From: Promethearchaeati archaeon
GTDB taxonomy: Archaea; Asgardarchaeota; Heimdallarchaeia; JABLTI01
Length of the DNA stretch: 47,869 nt
Direction of reading: 5' to 3'
Assembly (NCBI GenBank): GCA_013166835.1
Contig: JABLTI010000011.1
Location: 1 to 47,869 of the forward strand
Under the pieces are notes generated by a model. The model worked only from the letters and a program-made list of their open reading frames with translations, was not told where the DNA came from and made no database searches. Below, piece by piece: positions 1-10,106 of the stretch. The position numbers and the translations under genes were made by a program. Position 1 is the first letter of the stretch, and each line of letters starts with the position of its first letter.

Positions 1-363
1 GCGGTTATAATTCTAGGACCGATTTTACTATCGATAATTGTAGACAGAATTTGGAGAAAAGTAGCTGTATCCGAAACCTATAGGTTACCAACAAATAAAG
101 ATTTTTTAGGCAGAGAAGCAGTTGTCCTGGCAAAAGTTGATTCTAGAGGTGGTACAATTCGAGTAGAAATCCCTGACCAACTTGAACCACTTAAAGTGCC
201 AGCGAAAACTGCACACACACATGAAGAATTCCTAAAAGATGAACTCGTATTCATAGTAGGTATTGAAGGGAATTTTTACTTAGTTGATAATTCAAGAGAT
301 CTACTCACAGGTAAAAATCAACAAATCGAAGAAAACGATGTTGATATTGATAATGAGGAATAA
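1..363 (+). CDS. Partial (5'-truncated) NfeD/YqiJ-like membrane protein with C-terminal OB-fold
   Basis: Not in the ORF track. Frame +1 is open from base 1 to TAA at 361-363. A hydrophobic helix (AVIILGPILLSIIV) is followed by FLGREAVVLAKVDSRGGTIRV...ELVFIVGIEGNFYLV, the pattern of the NfeD C-terminal OB domain. Confidence 0.7.
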   Translation, partial: AVIILGPILLSIIVDRIWRKVAVSETYRLPTNKDFLGREAVVLAKVDSRGGTIRVEIPDQLEPLKVPAKTAHTHEEFLKDELVFIVGIEGNFYLVDNSRDLLTGKNQQIEENDVDIDNEE

Positions 364-367
364 AACT

Positions 368-1215
368 CTAGAGTTCGATTTTTTTCAAATGCTCTCGAAG
401 CTCTGGTCCAATTTCCTCATCTTTCAAGCAAAAGTCGACAAATGCTTTTGCATATAATGAGAATGAACCGATATCATATCTTCGTTCATTTTCTGCTAAT
501 TGTAACGCAGCTATCTGACCTGTTTCTCGAGATAGACGAATTGCATCTGTTAATTGTTTTTCTCCACCTTTTCCAACAGCGATTTTTTCAATATAATCAA
601 AAATTTTCGGACTGAAAACATAACGACCACATATAGCCAAGTTGCTGGGTGCTTCTTCTTGTGAGGGTTTCTCAACTAAGTCTTTCACGATGTATTTGTC
701 ATTGAATGTTTTAGGGGTGGTTTTTCCTTTGAATTCCTCTATATCCATTATCCCGTATCTATTACAATGTTCTATTAGTATACGTTCTGCTGAAAGTGTA
801 CACAAAGCATTTGCTTCTTTATGGAAATCTATCAAGCGGGAAAGGTGTATTGGTTTATTCAATGAATCAATTATTGTATCACCAAGTGCAACAACGAATT
901 CTTCATCATGCACAAATTCCTTAGCCTTATACACTGCATCAGCTAAACCAGTCGGCACTGCTTGCCTGACATAGAAAATATGTATGTTCAAGTTTTCAAG
1001 AGCTTCCAAATCCCTAATCTGAACTAATGATCTTCGATTGCTCGTTTGTTTTTCCCTGTAATAATTAAGATATCTCGAATTCCAGCTTGTTCTAGTTCTT
1101 CAACTATAAATTGAATTACAGGCTTTTTTGCAACAGGAAGCATTTCTTTAGGTTGGGATTTTGTTGCAGGGAGCATTCTTGTTCCTAGCCCAGCTGCAGT
1201 GATAACTCCTTTCAT
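368..1215 (-). pseudogene. galU: UTP--glucose-1-phosphate uridylyltransferase (GalU-like nucleotidyltransferase), split by a frameshift near 1024-1027
   Basis: The 1024..1215 ORF carries [21 protein letters not shown]...KRAIEDH and ends at TAG. The 368..1009 ORF, in another frame, carries YVRQ..PTGLADAV, VALGD, LVEKP, AICGRY, QLTDAI and RYDIG. Together they make one GalU. This is either a true pseudogene or an assembly error. Confidence 0.8.
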
Positions 1216-1318
1216 CTCGTTGCCACATCCATTTTATGTCTAAGATTATTTTCCTTATAAATAGCTAAAAAGTGAAATATAAAAAAAGTTGTGGAAGAAA
1301 CTAGAAACGTCGGTAGAT

Positions 1319-2800
1319 TTAGACGTCTCTAGAATTAAAATCAACTTTTTCATCGCGATTCTTTGGATGGAAGAATTCGAGAATTTCGTCTGAAATACGT
1401 TTCAATTCACGTTTAGGATTGGGGAACATCTTTAGTAAATCCCAGCCAATATCTAGAGATTCAAAAATCATACGATTTTCATCTCGACCTTGTTTTATGA
1501 ATTGATTCTCAAAATCATCAGCAAATTTCAAAAACCGGTGATCTTCCTCAGTAAGAGATTCTTCACCAACGACTGCAACGAGATTTCGAAGATCTATACC
1601 TCGAGCGTAAGCATAGTATAATTGATCTGCTAATTCTTTATGGTCTCTGCGAGTTAGTCCTTTGCCAATTCCTTCTTTCATAAGTCGACTTAAGGAAGGC
1701 CCAATGTTTATTGGAGGATAAATACCTCGACGATGCAAACCTCGATCTAGAAGAACTTGCCCTTCGGTAATATAACCAGATAAATCTGGGACAGGATGTG
1801 TCATATCATCGTTAGGCATTGAAAGAATAGGCATCTGAGTAATTGTTCCTTTTCTTCCTCTAATACGGCCAGCTCGTTCATAGATTGAAGCTAAATCAGA
1901 ATAAAGATATCCAGGATATCCTCTTCTTCCAGGTACTTCTTCACGTGCTGCACCGATTTCTCGAAGTGATTCTGCATAATTTGTTATGTCTGTAAGAATT
2001 ACTAGTAAGTGCATATCACATTCATATGCAAGATATTCTGCTGCAGTTAAAGCTAGTCTTGGAGTAATGATTCGTTCAATTGCTGGATCATCAGCCAAGT
2101 TCAAGAAAAGAACAACTCTATCTAGAGCACCGCTTTTTTCGAATTCGTTTCTAAAGAACTGTGCTTCTTCTGCTGTAATACCCATTGCAGCAAATACTAC
2201 CGCAAAATCTTCTTCTTGACCTAGAACTGCTGCTTGTCGGGCAATCTGCGCAGCAACTTCATTATGTGGTAACCCACTCGCAGAAAAGATTGGGAGTTTC
2301 TGACCACGAATAAGAGTAAATAAACCATCTAAGGTGGATAATCCAGTTTGAATGAATTCTCTTGGATATTGTCTTGCAAAAGGATTTATTGGTGACCCAG
2401 AAATTGGCCACTCTTCTTTGGCAATAATTGCTGGTTGATTATCGATGGGTTCGCCTCTACCGTCAAAGATCCTACCTAGTAGATCAGCAGACACCGGTAA
2501 TTTCATGGTTTCTCCAAGAAATTGGATTGTGGTTTCTTCTACGTCCATTCCTGAAGTTCCTTCAAATAGCTGGACAATAGCAACATCTCTTGAGACTTCT
2601 AAGATTTGACCAGAGCGAACTTCGCCAGTTGGTAATTTAATCTTCGCAATTTCTCCGTAAGATACCCCACCACGTCCTTGTAAATCAACAAATAACAAAG
2701 GACCGGTGACTTCTGTTGCGGTTTTGAATACTCTTTTTGATAATATTTCGGAAGTAATTTTTTGTGGTGTTTCAGTCATCTTTTTCTTACTCCTACTCAT
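1319..2800 (-). CDS. atpB: A/V-type ATP synthase subunit B
   Basis: [35 protein letters not shown] and [15 protein letters not shown] motifs; overlaps the atpA stop. The real start may be the second Met (MTETPQK). Confidence 0.97.
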   Translation of the reverse strand: MSRSKKKMTETPQKITSEILSKRVFKTATEVTGPLLFVDLQGRGGVSYGEIAKIKLPTGEVRSGQILEVSRDVAIVQLFEGTSGMDVEETTIQFLGETMKLPVSADLLGRIFDGRGEPIDNQPAIIAKEEWPISGSPINPFARQYPREFIQTGLSTLDGLFTLIRGQKLPIFSASGLPHNEVAAQIARQAAVLGQEEDFAVVFAAMGITAEEAQFFRNEFEKSGALDRVVLFLNLADDPAIERIITPRLALTAAEYLAYECDMHLLVILTDITNYAESLREIGAAREEVPGRRGYPGYLYSDLASIYERAGRIRGRKGTITQMPILSMPNDDMTHPVPDLSGYITEGQVLLDRGLHRRGIYPPINIGPSLSRLMKEGIGKGLTRRDHKELADQLYYAYARGIDLRNLVAVVGEESLTEEDHRFLKFADDFENQFIKQGRDENRMIFESLDIGWDLLKMFPNPKRELKRISDEILEFFHPKNRDEKVDFNSRDV

Positions 2801-4604
2801 CTTTCATACTGGGCATCATTCGTCCACTAACCCGATCAACAACATCATCTGATTGCAAGGCATTAATTTCTGCAAGAATTCCATTCATGTCTTTTTCAGC
2901 ATTATCATTTGGGATATATTTCAATCTTGCAATCTTATCTATGATGGGTAAATTCATCATTTCCGGTAGCTTTACTCCTTGATTGTACAATTCCCTCATT
3001 TTGTGATAGAAATCAATGATAATTTTCAGCATTAACCATTGTTTTTGAATGGTTGAGTAACTATCAACATCACTAAATGCGTTTTGCTGTAAGAAATCTT
3101 CCTTCAACATTCTTGCTGATTCTAGAATGATTTTCTCAGATTCAGGTAATGCTTCAGGACCTACTAACTGTACAATGTCTTCTAATTCCTTGTCTTTTTG
3201 TAAGAGACTCATTGCTTCTGAGCGATAAGACATGAAGGCTGGGTTGACATTTTTAATAAACCAGGGAGTCAATTCATTTGTATAAAGAGTGTAAGATATC
3301 AAATAATCAATTGCTGGGAAGTGTCTTCTTGCAGCTAAATCTTTGCTCAGAGCCCAAAAGACTTTGGTGATTCGAAGAGTGTTTTGTGTAACTGGTTCAG
3401 AAAAGTCTCCACCAGGAGGACTAACCGCTCCGGTAATTGTAATTGAACCTTGTCGTTCTTCAGTACTTAGAGTTTTAACTCTGCCAGCTCGTTCATAGAA
3501 TTGAGCAATTTTACTTGCTAGGTAAGCAGGATAACCAGCTTCTCCAGGCATTTCTTCTAATCTTCCGGAGATTTCCCTCATAGCTTCTGCCCATCGAGAA
3601 GTGCTATCAGCCATTAAGGCTACATCATAACCCATGTCACGGTAATACTCTGCGAGAGTCATACCTGTATAGACGCTTGCTTCTCGAGCAGCTACTGGCA
3701 TATTGCTAGTGTTTGCAATAAGAATTGTTCGATTCATAAGAGGCTCGCCAGTATTTGGATCAATTAATTCAGGGAAGTCTTCAAGGACATTTGTCATTTC
3801 ATTTCCTCTTTCACCACAGCCAATATAAACAACGATCTTTGCATCAGACCACTTAGCTAATTGGTGTTGTGAAACTGTTTTCCCTGTACCAAAACCACCA
3901 GGAATTGCACTTGTTCCACCTTTAGCAATGGGGAAGAATGTATCGAAAATTCTTTGACCGGTTAACAAGGGAATGGTTGGTTCTAATCGTTCTTTTATAG
4001 GACGACCAAATCTTACCGGCCATTTCTGTAACATTGGGACATTAATTTGATTACCATTATTCTTCACTTGGCATATAGAATCAAGAACATTATATTCTCC
4101 AGCTTTAACAACACTGGTTAAAGTTCCTTGTACACCAGGTGGAATCATTACTTTGTGAACTACAACAGGACCTTCTTGAACTGTACCAATAAAATCTCCT
4201 GTTGTTACTTTTGTTCCTTTCTCAATGGTTGGTTTGAAAGACCATTTCTTGTCATATTCTAAAGGAAAAGCTACGACACCTCTTCTGATGAAATCATCTT
4301 TAGTTTTTTCAAGAATCAAAGGCAAGGGACGTTGAATTCCATCATAGATTTGTCCAATTAAACCCGGTGCTAATTCTGCACTTAGTCCTGCACCAGTACC
4401 TGTTACAGTTTCATTTGGTAACAAGCCATCTGTTTCCTCATACACTTGGATTGTGCAGACTTCTCCTTGAATTCTGATTATTTCACCGATAAGTCCTTCA
4501 TCACCTACTTTGCAGACCTCATACATTGAGCTCCCAAGCATGCCATCTGCTTCTACTACCGGTCCAGAAATCCGCTTAATTTTCCCGGTTCTTATCTTTG
4601 ACAC
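2793..4604 (-). CDS. atpA: A/V-type ATP synthase catalytic subunit A
   Basis: Walker [35 protein letters not shown] and [12 protein letters not shown]; GTG start after a GAGG-type RBS; the 603 aa length leaves no room for an intein. Confidence 0.97.
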   Translation of the reverse strand: MSKIRTGKIKRISGPVVEADGMLGSSMYEVCKVGDEGLIGEIIRIQGEVCTIQVYEETDGLLPNETVTGTGAGLSAELAPGLIGQIYDGIQRPLPLILEKTKDDFIRRGVVAFPLEYDKKWSFKPTIEKGTKVTTGDFIGTVQEGPVVVHKVMIPPGVQGTLTSVVKAGEYNVLDSICQVKNNGNQINVPMLQKWPVRFGRPIKERLEPTIPLLTGQRIFDTFFPIAKGGTSAIPGGFGTGKTVSQHQLAKWSDAKIVVYIGCGERGNEMTNVLEDFPELIDPNTGEPLMNRTILIANTSNMPVAAREASVYTGMTLAEYYRDMGYDVALMADSTSRWAEAMREISGRLEEMPGEAGYPAYLASKIAQFYERAGRVKTLSTEERQGSITITGAVSPPGGDFSEPVTQNTLRITKVFWALSKDLAARRHFPAIDYLISYTLYTNELTPWFIKNVNPAFMSYRSEAMSLLQKDKELEDIVQLVGPEALPESEKIILESARMLKEDFLQQNAFSDVDSYSTIQKQWLMLKIIIDFYHKMRELYNQGVKLPEMMNLPIIDKIARLKYIPNDNAEKDMNGILAEINALQSDDVVDRVSGRMMPSMKDE

Positions 4605-4772
4605 AATTTTAACCTCTTAAGTATGCTTTGAATATCCAAACTAAATTCTTATACAGACTTTCTTCAACTATTAGTTACATAAAAAAGCTTCGACTATTGA
4701 ATAATATAAAAATAAGGAAAGAGTTCTGAAAATGAACATTTTTCAATCTCTTTTTTAATACCTATAATCAAA

Positions 4773-5324
4773 TTAGTTGGTTTTGAAGAATTCAGAGAAA
4801 ACATCATCCTCTTCTTCTTTCCCTTCTGAGCCATCTATTGCTTGTTTGTCTTCCATAGTAAGCTCTTCTCCCACTTCCTCTCCAGCGGCACTTTCAATTA
4901 CTTTACAGAAATCAGAATGCAATTTAATTGGAATTGGAATTTGGGAATCTAAAAGCTCAACAGTAACTTCTTCACGTCCAACATCGATTCGATTGATCTT
5001 TGCACGACTACCTTTAAATGGTCCACTGATAATTTCGATTATATCATTAACATGTAATCCTTCGATGGTTGGTTTAGGAACTAGGAAACTTTCTAATTCG
5101 GTAATTTCTACTTCACCAACAACTCTGCTTCTAACGTGTGGTATACCGATAATTGCTTGATCAATACTTTCTATTGAGTTGGATTCAATAAAGATATAAC
5201 CACGCAAAGCTTCTGGGATAAGTAGAGACCAAACACCAATTTTCTTATTCTTGATTTTTTCTCTTATGTGTTTGGCTATAGCTTTTTCCTGACCTATAGT
5301 TGCCCGTAAAGTCCATATAGTCAT
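4773..5324 (-). CDS. spt5: Transcription elongation factor Spt5 (NusG family) with acidic C-terminal tail
   Basis: NGN domain (TIGQE...LRGYIFIE) plus KOW motif (DIIEIISGPFKGSRAKI); lies directly downstream of secE. Confidence 0.95.
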   Translation of the reverse strand: MTIWTLRATIGQEKAIAKHIREKIKNKKIGVWSLLIPEALRGYIFIESNSIESIDQAIIGIPHVRSRVVGEVEITELESFLVPKPTIEGLHVNDIIEIISGPFKGSRAKINRIDVGREEVTVELLDSQIPIPIKLHSDFCKVIESAAGEEVGEELTMEDKQAIDGSEGKEEEDDVFSEFFKTN

Positions 5325-5498
5325 GTTTTATTCTTCCTATCAATTTCAACCGCAGTAGTTTGACCTATTAAACTTTTTCTAGAACTTCCTAAAAACCATT
5401 TTGGCAAAACATCTATTCGACGCTTTGGCAGGGGTATTAATAATATATCAATAAGGAAATTGTAAGCAAATAACTCACAGAATGGTTATTTCTTTGTT

Positions 5499-5681
5499 TT
5501 AGCTACCAGTTGCTTGTGGGAGAAGTACTGTAAACAAAATGTGAATTACGTAACCAACTAAACCTATGACCAATATACCGAGTGCGGTAATACGAACAGT
5601 TAACCATATTTCTTTTCGATCTGGTCTTTTACTGTGAATTAATAATCTTCTACTTCTTGTAAAGAATTCACCAATATTCAT
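5499..5681 (-). CDS. secE: Protein translocase subunit SecE / Sec61 gamma
   Basis: 60 aa; RRLLIHSKRPDRKEI amphipathic segment followed by a TM helix (TALGILVIGLVGYVI); conserved secE-spt5 gene order. Confidence 0.93.
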   Translation of the reverse strand: MNIGEFFTRSRRLLIHSKRPDRKEIWLTVRITALGILVIGLVGYVIHILFTVLLPQATGS

Positions 5682-5928
5682 ATGTTTCTTCTCCAGGTTA
5701 TGCTTACTTGATTCTGATTGAGTTTAATCAAACAGTTAATCTGAAAAGAAGTAATTTACTTTAAAATCTTTTGTCATTATCTGAGATTAGCTCTTCTCGA
5801 TTCACTGGTCATTAAGAACCATTTTTTATATATAGACTGACCATACCACTTACTCTTAATCGCTTAATTCAAGATAATTAATAATAATTAAATATTCAAC
5901 GAGATTTAAATACACGGAGCAAAAGTCT

Positions 5929-7416
5929 TTGTCTGTAACAACCGAAGAGAAAAATGGACTCACAACAGGGGTCGAAAATTTAGAAGAAAAACCATCAATT
6001 GTAGAAGTTTTAAAGAATAAAGCTTTTATGCTTTTGTTTGGTGCACAATTCATTGAAAACATTGGAAGAGCTATCTCAGGTCTTGCACTTGAATTTCTTG
6101 TTTGGGATTTGACCGGAAGTCCTTTCATGATGGGAATTTTATCGATAATTTGGTTGTTACCTTTTGTAATAATTACTCCATTAGCGGGAGTATATACAGA
6201 TAGATTTGATCAACGAAAGATTATGTTTTGGTCTAATATACTCAGTGCTTTGGCTTCGTTTGGTTATCTTTTTGTTTATTTATTCCGTGATTCATTTATG
6301 GTTTTGATTACAACTAGTGGATTTAGCCAATATAGCACAAGATATATGTTAGTCGCTCTTTTCATTTTGTGTTTCCTCAATTCATCCTCTGCAGCATTCT
6401 TCTTTCCAGCAAGAAGTGCATATACGAGATTAATTGTGAAGAAAAAGAATCTACTAATAGCGAATTCAATTGGATCAACAGTATTTCAAATCGCAACTAT
6501 TGTGGGTTTTGTACTAGCAGGAGTACTCGCAGCTATTAGTTATAGATTAAGTTTCATTTTCGATACGACAACATTCGCAGTTTCAGGATTGCTAATACTG
6601 TTTATCTTTAGAATTGGTAAGAAACCGCCTGCGGTAGAACGAGTTAAATCAACCTCAGTTAGACAAGAATTTAGAAGTATATATGATGATATGAAAATCG
6701 GTTTTGGGGCTATTAGAGAACACCCAAAAATTTCCTACATGTTAATTATCTTTACGGGATTAACATTTGCTTTTGGTGCGATTAATGTTCTATTTGTTGT
6801 AATCCTTAGAGGTGAAATGGAATTGAGCGCAACATGGTATGGAGCTTTGCAAGGAGTAATGGGAGCAACAGGAATCATTGCTGCGATTATCATGATGAGT
6901 TTTGGAAAACTTAAGCGGAAAATCTTGCTAATAAACTTAGGATTTTTAGGAGCAACGATAGGTATGTATGTCTTTGCTGTTTCCAGAAATGCTTGGGTAC
7001 TTGCTACTGTATTTGGGACTTATGGAATTCTAAGTGTTATGATAAATATTCCAGCTTCAACGTTAATACAAGAAAGGGTTCCTTATAAGAAACAAGGACG
7101 AGTGTTTGGATTCCAACAGCTCGCACAAGGTATAGCACAACTTGTTGGTATGGGTATTGTCTCTTTAATTGCAGAATACGTTTTACCTATGTATGTTCTA
7201 CTTGCGAGTTCTGGATTACTCTCAATTCTGATTATTAGTGGATTCATTTACTCAGCAAGGAAAGGTTTAATGATTGATGATTATGCTGACACAGAAGCTA
7301 ATGGCAAGAAAGACCAACTTCTAGATGAATTCGATGATCAAAAAGAACTTGATATTTCTGCTGATATCTCTATCGCTGAAATTTCAAAACCCGTTAAAAC
7401 CAAGCAACTAGATTAA
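5929..7416 (+). CDS. MFS transporter (DHA3/MefA-like)
   Basis: About 12 hydrophobic segments, motif A (AGVYTDRFDQRK) and QERVP..KQGRVFG in the C-terminal half. Confidence 0.9.
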   Translation: MSVTTEEKNGLTTGVENLEEKPSIVEVLKNKAFMLLFGAQFIENIGRAISGLALEFLVWDLTGSPFMMGILSIIWLLPFVIITPLAGVYTDRFDQRKIMFWSNILSALASFGYLFVYLFRDSFMVLITTSGFSQYSTRYMLVALFILCFLNSSSAAFFFPARSAYTRLIVKKKNLLIANSIGSTVFQIATIVGFVLAGVLAAISYRLSFIFDTTTFAVSGLLILFIFRIGKKPPAVERVKSTSVRQEFRSIYDDMKIGFGAIREHPKISYMLIIFTGLTFAFGAINVLFVVILRGEMELSATWYGALQGVMGATGIIAAIIMMSFGKLKRKILLINLGFLGATIGMYVFAVSRNAWVLATVFGTYGILSVMINIPASTLIQERVPYKKQGRVFGFQQLAQGIAQLVGMGIVSLIAEYVLPMYVLLASSGLLSILIISGFIYSARKGLMIDDYADTEANGKKDQLLDEFDDQKELDISADISIAEISKPVKTKQLD

Positions 7417-7434
7417 TTAAAAAAAATTAATATT

Positions 7435-7464
7435 AGAAGAGGAGTAAAAAGCAACTCCACTTCT
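7435..7464. terminator. Stem-loop between convergent MFS and ftsZ genes
   Basis: AGAAGAGGAGT-AAAAAGCA-ACTCCACTTCT: an 11-bp stem with one mismatch, flanked by A and T tracts. Confidence 0.5.
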
Positions 7465-7469
7465 TTTAA

Positions 7470-8609
7470 TTATTCAAACGTTTCAAGACCTAGATCAAGA
7501 TCTTCTTCAAGGTCGTAATCTAATCCCAAAGAATTTATGTCTGAGATATTGGACAGGATATATGGACTTCTTACTCCACTAACTATGATTGTTGCGCGAA
7601 TCTTGCCTTGAAGATCAGGATCTATAAGAACACCGAATTTAACTATGATGTCATTGCTTAATTGATCGGTCACAGCACGAATTACTTCTTCTGTTTGTTT
7701 CAAATTGAGATCTTTGCCACCAGTTATGTTTAGTAAGACGCTTTTAGCGGTTCGAATGTCAACCTCTAAGAGAGGATTACTGAGTGCATCTTCGACTGCT
7801 TCTTGTGCACGATTATCGGGACTACTTGATTCTCCGAGACCAATGATAGCTGCACCACCCTCACCGAGTACTCTACGAACGTCTGCGAAATCAACATTGA
7901 CGTCTCCAGGTCTATTAATTAGCTCAGTTAAGCCGGTAACAGCTCTGATGAGTATTTCATCAGCAACTAAGAATGCTTCTTTCAAAGAAAGATCAGGAAC
8001 GATTTCTATTAATTTTTCATTAGGAACAACAATAGTTGTGTCGCTGCTTTCGTATAATCGTCTCAAACCTTCTTTTGCATTTTGTGCTTTTACTCTACCT
8101 TCAACTTCAAAAGGTAATGTGCAAATGGAAACTGTAAGTACTCCTAGATTCTTGGCAAGTCTAGAAATAACCGGTGCTGCTCCTGTTCCGGTTCCTCCAC
8201 CTAATCCGCAAACAATGAAACACATGTCAACTTGTGAGAGAATGCCTTTTAGAGTCTCACTCGATTCTTCTGCAGCTTCAGCCCCAATTTGAGGGTCATT
8301 CCCTGCACCTAATCCTCGGCATAATTCTCGACCAAGAAGCATTTTCTTATGGCTCTTGGAATACAGCAACTGTTGAGCATCAGTATTAGCTGCTAAAGTA
8401 ATTGCACCAACAAGTCCTGTTTGATTTAGACGAGTAATTGCATTATTTCCTGCTCCACCGACTCCGATAACTAAGATTTTTGCTTGAATTTCTTCAATGA
8501 TCTTTCTTAGATCGGCATCTACATCATTAGAATCATGAAGAGCACCATCTTTTGGAAATAAATCCGGTACTTGTTCTTTTTCTGTTATATTCTTGATAAA
8601 AGATTCCAA
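7470..8609 (-). CDS. ftsZ: Cell division GTPase FtsZ (FtsZ1-like)
   Basis: GVGGAGNN, NTDAQQL, GLGAGNDP, tubulin signature GGGTGTG and T7 loop NVDFADV; TTG start preceded by GGTGAGG. Confidence 0.97.
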   Translation of the reverse strand: MESFIKNITEKEQVPDLFPKDGALHDSNDVDADLRKIIEEIQAKILVIGVGGAGNNAITRLNQTGLVGAITLAANTDAQQLLYSKSHKKMLLGRELCRGLGAGNDPQIGAEAAEESSETLKGILSQVDMCFIVCGLGGGTGTGAAPVISRLAKNLGVLTVSICTLPFEVEGRVKAQNAKEGLRRLYESSDTTIVVPNEKLIEIVPDLSLKEAFLVADEILIRAVTGLTELINRPGDVNVDFADVRRVLGEGGAAIIGLGESSSPDNRAQEAVEDALSNPLLEVDIRTAKSVLLNITGGKDLNLKQTEEVIRAVTDQLSNDIIVKFGVLIDPDLQGKIRATIIVSGVRSPYILSNISDINSLGLDYDLEEDLDLGLETFE

Positions 8610-8776
8610 AGTTCCTCACCTATACTTTTTGATAGGTCATTTGTTTTTAAAAACCCGTGTGTGACCAAGAGCATGTTCCCGTATTTATAGAGATATTATC
8701 TGTGGAATACTTTAGGTGTTTTAGCGATAAAATGCCCACTGAATTAAGGTTTTCAAAAGGAAAATTGGAAAAAACA

Positions 8777-9895
8777 TCAAATCGTAATGAAAATAAGACC
8801 CATTGTAATTAGTGCGAGAATAAAGGAAACCAAAGAAACAATGCCCATAGAAGCAACGATTTCTTGTTCTTTCAGCGGTTGTTTTGCTACAAGCCATCTA
8901 GTATAAGTTAAAGGAGCGTCTTCATTAGGGTTTGCAGCAATTTCCACGCCTTCTAATTTCCCATCTTTTTTATGTTTAATTACCATTGTAGGGCGTTCCT
9001 TAATTTCTCTTCTTTCTCTGAGACCTTTTACACTATTTATTATTTGAAATGAATTCATAATGTGAGGCATCATAGCAACAATAATAATAATTTCAATTCG
9101 ACCAAAAATTGCAATGAGAGCTACCACAGCTCCAATAGTCAAGCTACCCGTATCACCACAGAATATTTTTGCAGGATATTTGTTAAACCAGAAGAAAGCT
9201 AAGAGACTACTAAATAGTAGGATTGATATAATTAGACCGGGAAAAGTTACTATACCTTTGAAATAGAAAATGGTGGTTGCTATAATTCCTACAGCTGAAA
9301 CTGGTAAGATTGTAATGGGAGTAGAACCGTTCATAACATCTAACATATTAGTAGCGTTAGATAGCACTGTAATAGCGAAGGGAACAAGAAGCCAATAAAT
9401 AATTGTAATTCTAACTTGACCTATAAATGGCAAATAGGGTTTAGGGTCAAATAATAATAACCCACCATCCGAAAGAGCGGGATTTGCAATGGTTTGCCAA
9501 ATAAGAATAGGGATAGCAGGGATAAGTAGGAGGAAAGGTTTTGAGATGGCACCTAATGCTTTTAGATCATCCCAGATTCCGATTAATCCTACTATGAGAA
9601 TAACTAGAGTAGCAACTGTGAAATGCTGCCAATAATTCTCCCTAAAAATGAATATACAACAAAATGAAACAATAGACATTACAATAACTAAACCTACTCC
9701 TCCCATTTCAGCTACTCTTGGTCTATCTGCTTTGTGAACATCGTGGCCAAAAACTCCTTTTTTCAAGAAAAACTTACTTAGATACCAGGTTATGAAGAAC
9801 GTGGCAAGAAAAGCAAATACTGCTATTATTACTAACCAAATCTTGTCCATTAATTCCATGAAGACCACATTCAGATAATTCTCGAAGTTGAACAT
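8777..9895 (-). CDS. aglH: UDP-GlcNAc:dolichyl-phosphate GlcNAc-1-P transferase (AglH/Alg7, glycosyltransferase family 4)
   Basis: GHDVHKADRPRVAEMGG, GIWDD, NATNMLDVMNG and FNKYPAKIFCGDTGS motifs in a polytopic membrane protein. Confidence 0.85.
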   Translation of the reverse strand: MFNFENYLNVVFMELMDKIWLVIIAVFAFLATFFITWYLSKFFLKKGVFGHDVHKADRPRVAEMGGVGLVIVMSIVSFCCIFIFRENYWQHFTVATLVILIVGLIGIWDDLKALGAISKPFLLLIPAIPILIWQTIANPALSDGGLLLFDPKPYLPFIGQVRITIIYWLLVPFAITVLSNATNMLDVMNGSTPITILPVSAVGIIATTIFYFKGIVTFPGLIISILLFSSLLAFFWFNKYPAKIFCGDTGSLTIGAVVALIAIFGRIEIIIIVAMMPHIMNSFQIINSVKGLRERREIKERPTMVIKHKKDGKLEGVEIAANPNEDAPLTYTRWLVAKQPLKEQEIVASMGIVSLVSFILALITMGLIFITI

Positions 9896-10106
9896 ATTTT
9901 GTGTAATTAAAAAACTTTTGTTGCTAAGCAGCTTTCATCCAAGTTTTCAAAGTAGTTATAAATGGAATTAAGGATAAAACTCTTTGTTAAAAGAAGAGCT
10001 AGAAACTTGAAAAACTATTTAACTATCAAAAGAACAAGTAAAATGCTTATTTTTAGCAAAGAATAGAAATTGAGATTTGTGTTTAAGAAAAAGAAGGTAA
10101 AATAAA

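Noticed and set aside
1024-1026. Amber read-through (pyrrolysine or suppression) of the galU TAG
   Set aside because: Reading through in frame gives FRLGIWKLLKT and then TGA. The GalU continuation is in a different frame.
2793-4604. Intein in atpA (and likewise in polB)
   Set aside because: The conserved motifs are contiguous and the lengths are normal; there are no intein termini or LAGLIDADG blocks.
8635-8666. GTTTTTAAAAAC palindrome and GGTCA/TGACC pair upstream of ftsZ
   Set aside because: It is low-complexity and the two symmetry centres do not coincide; this is expected by chance in AT-rich DNA.
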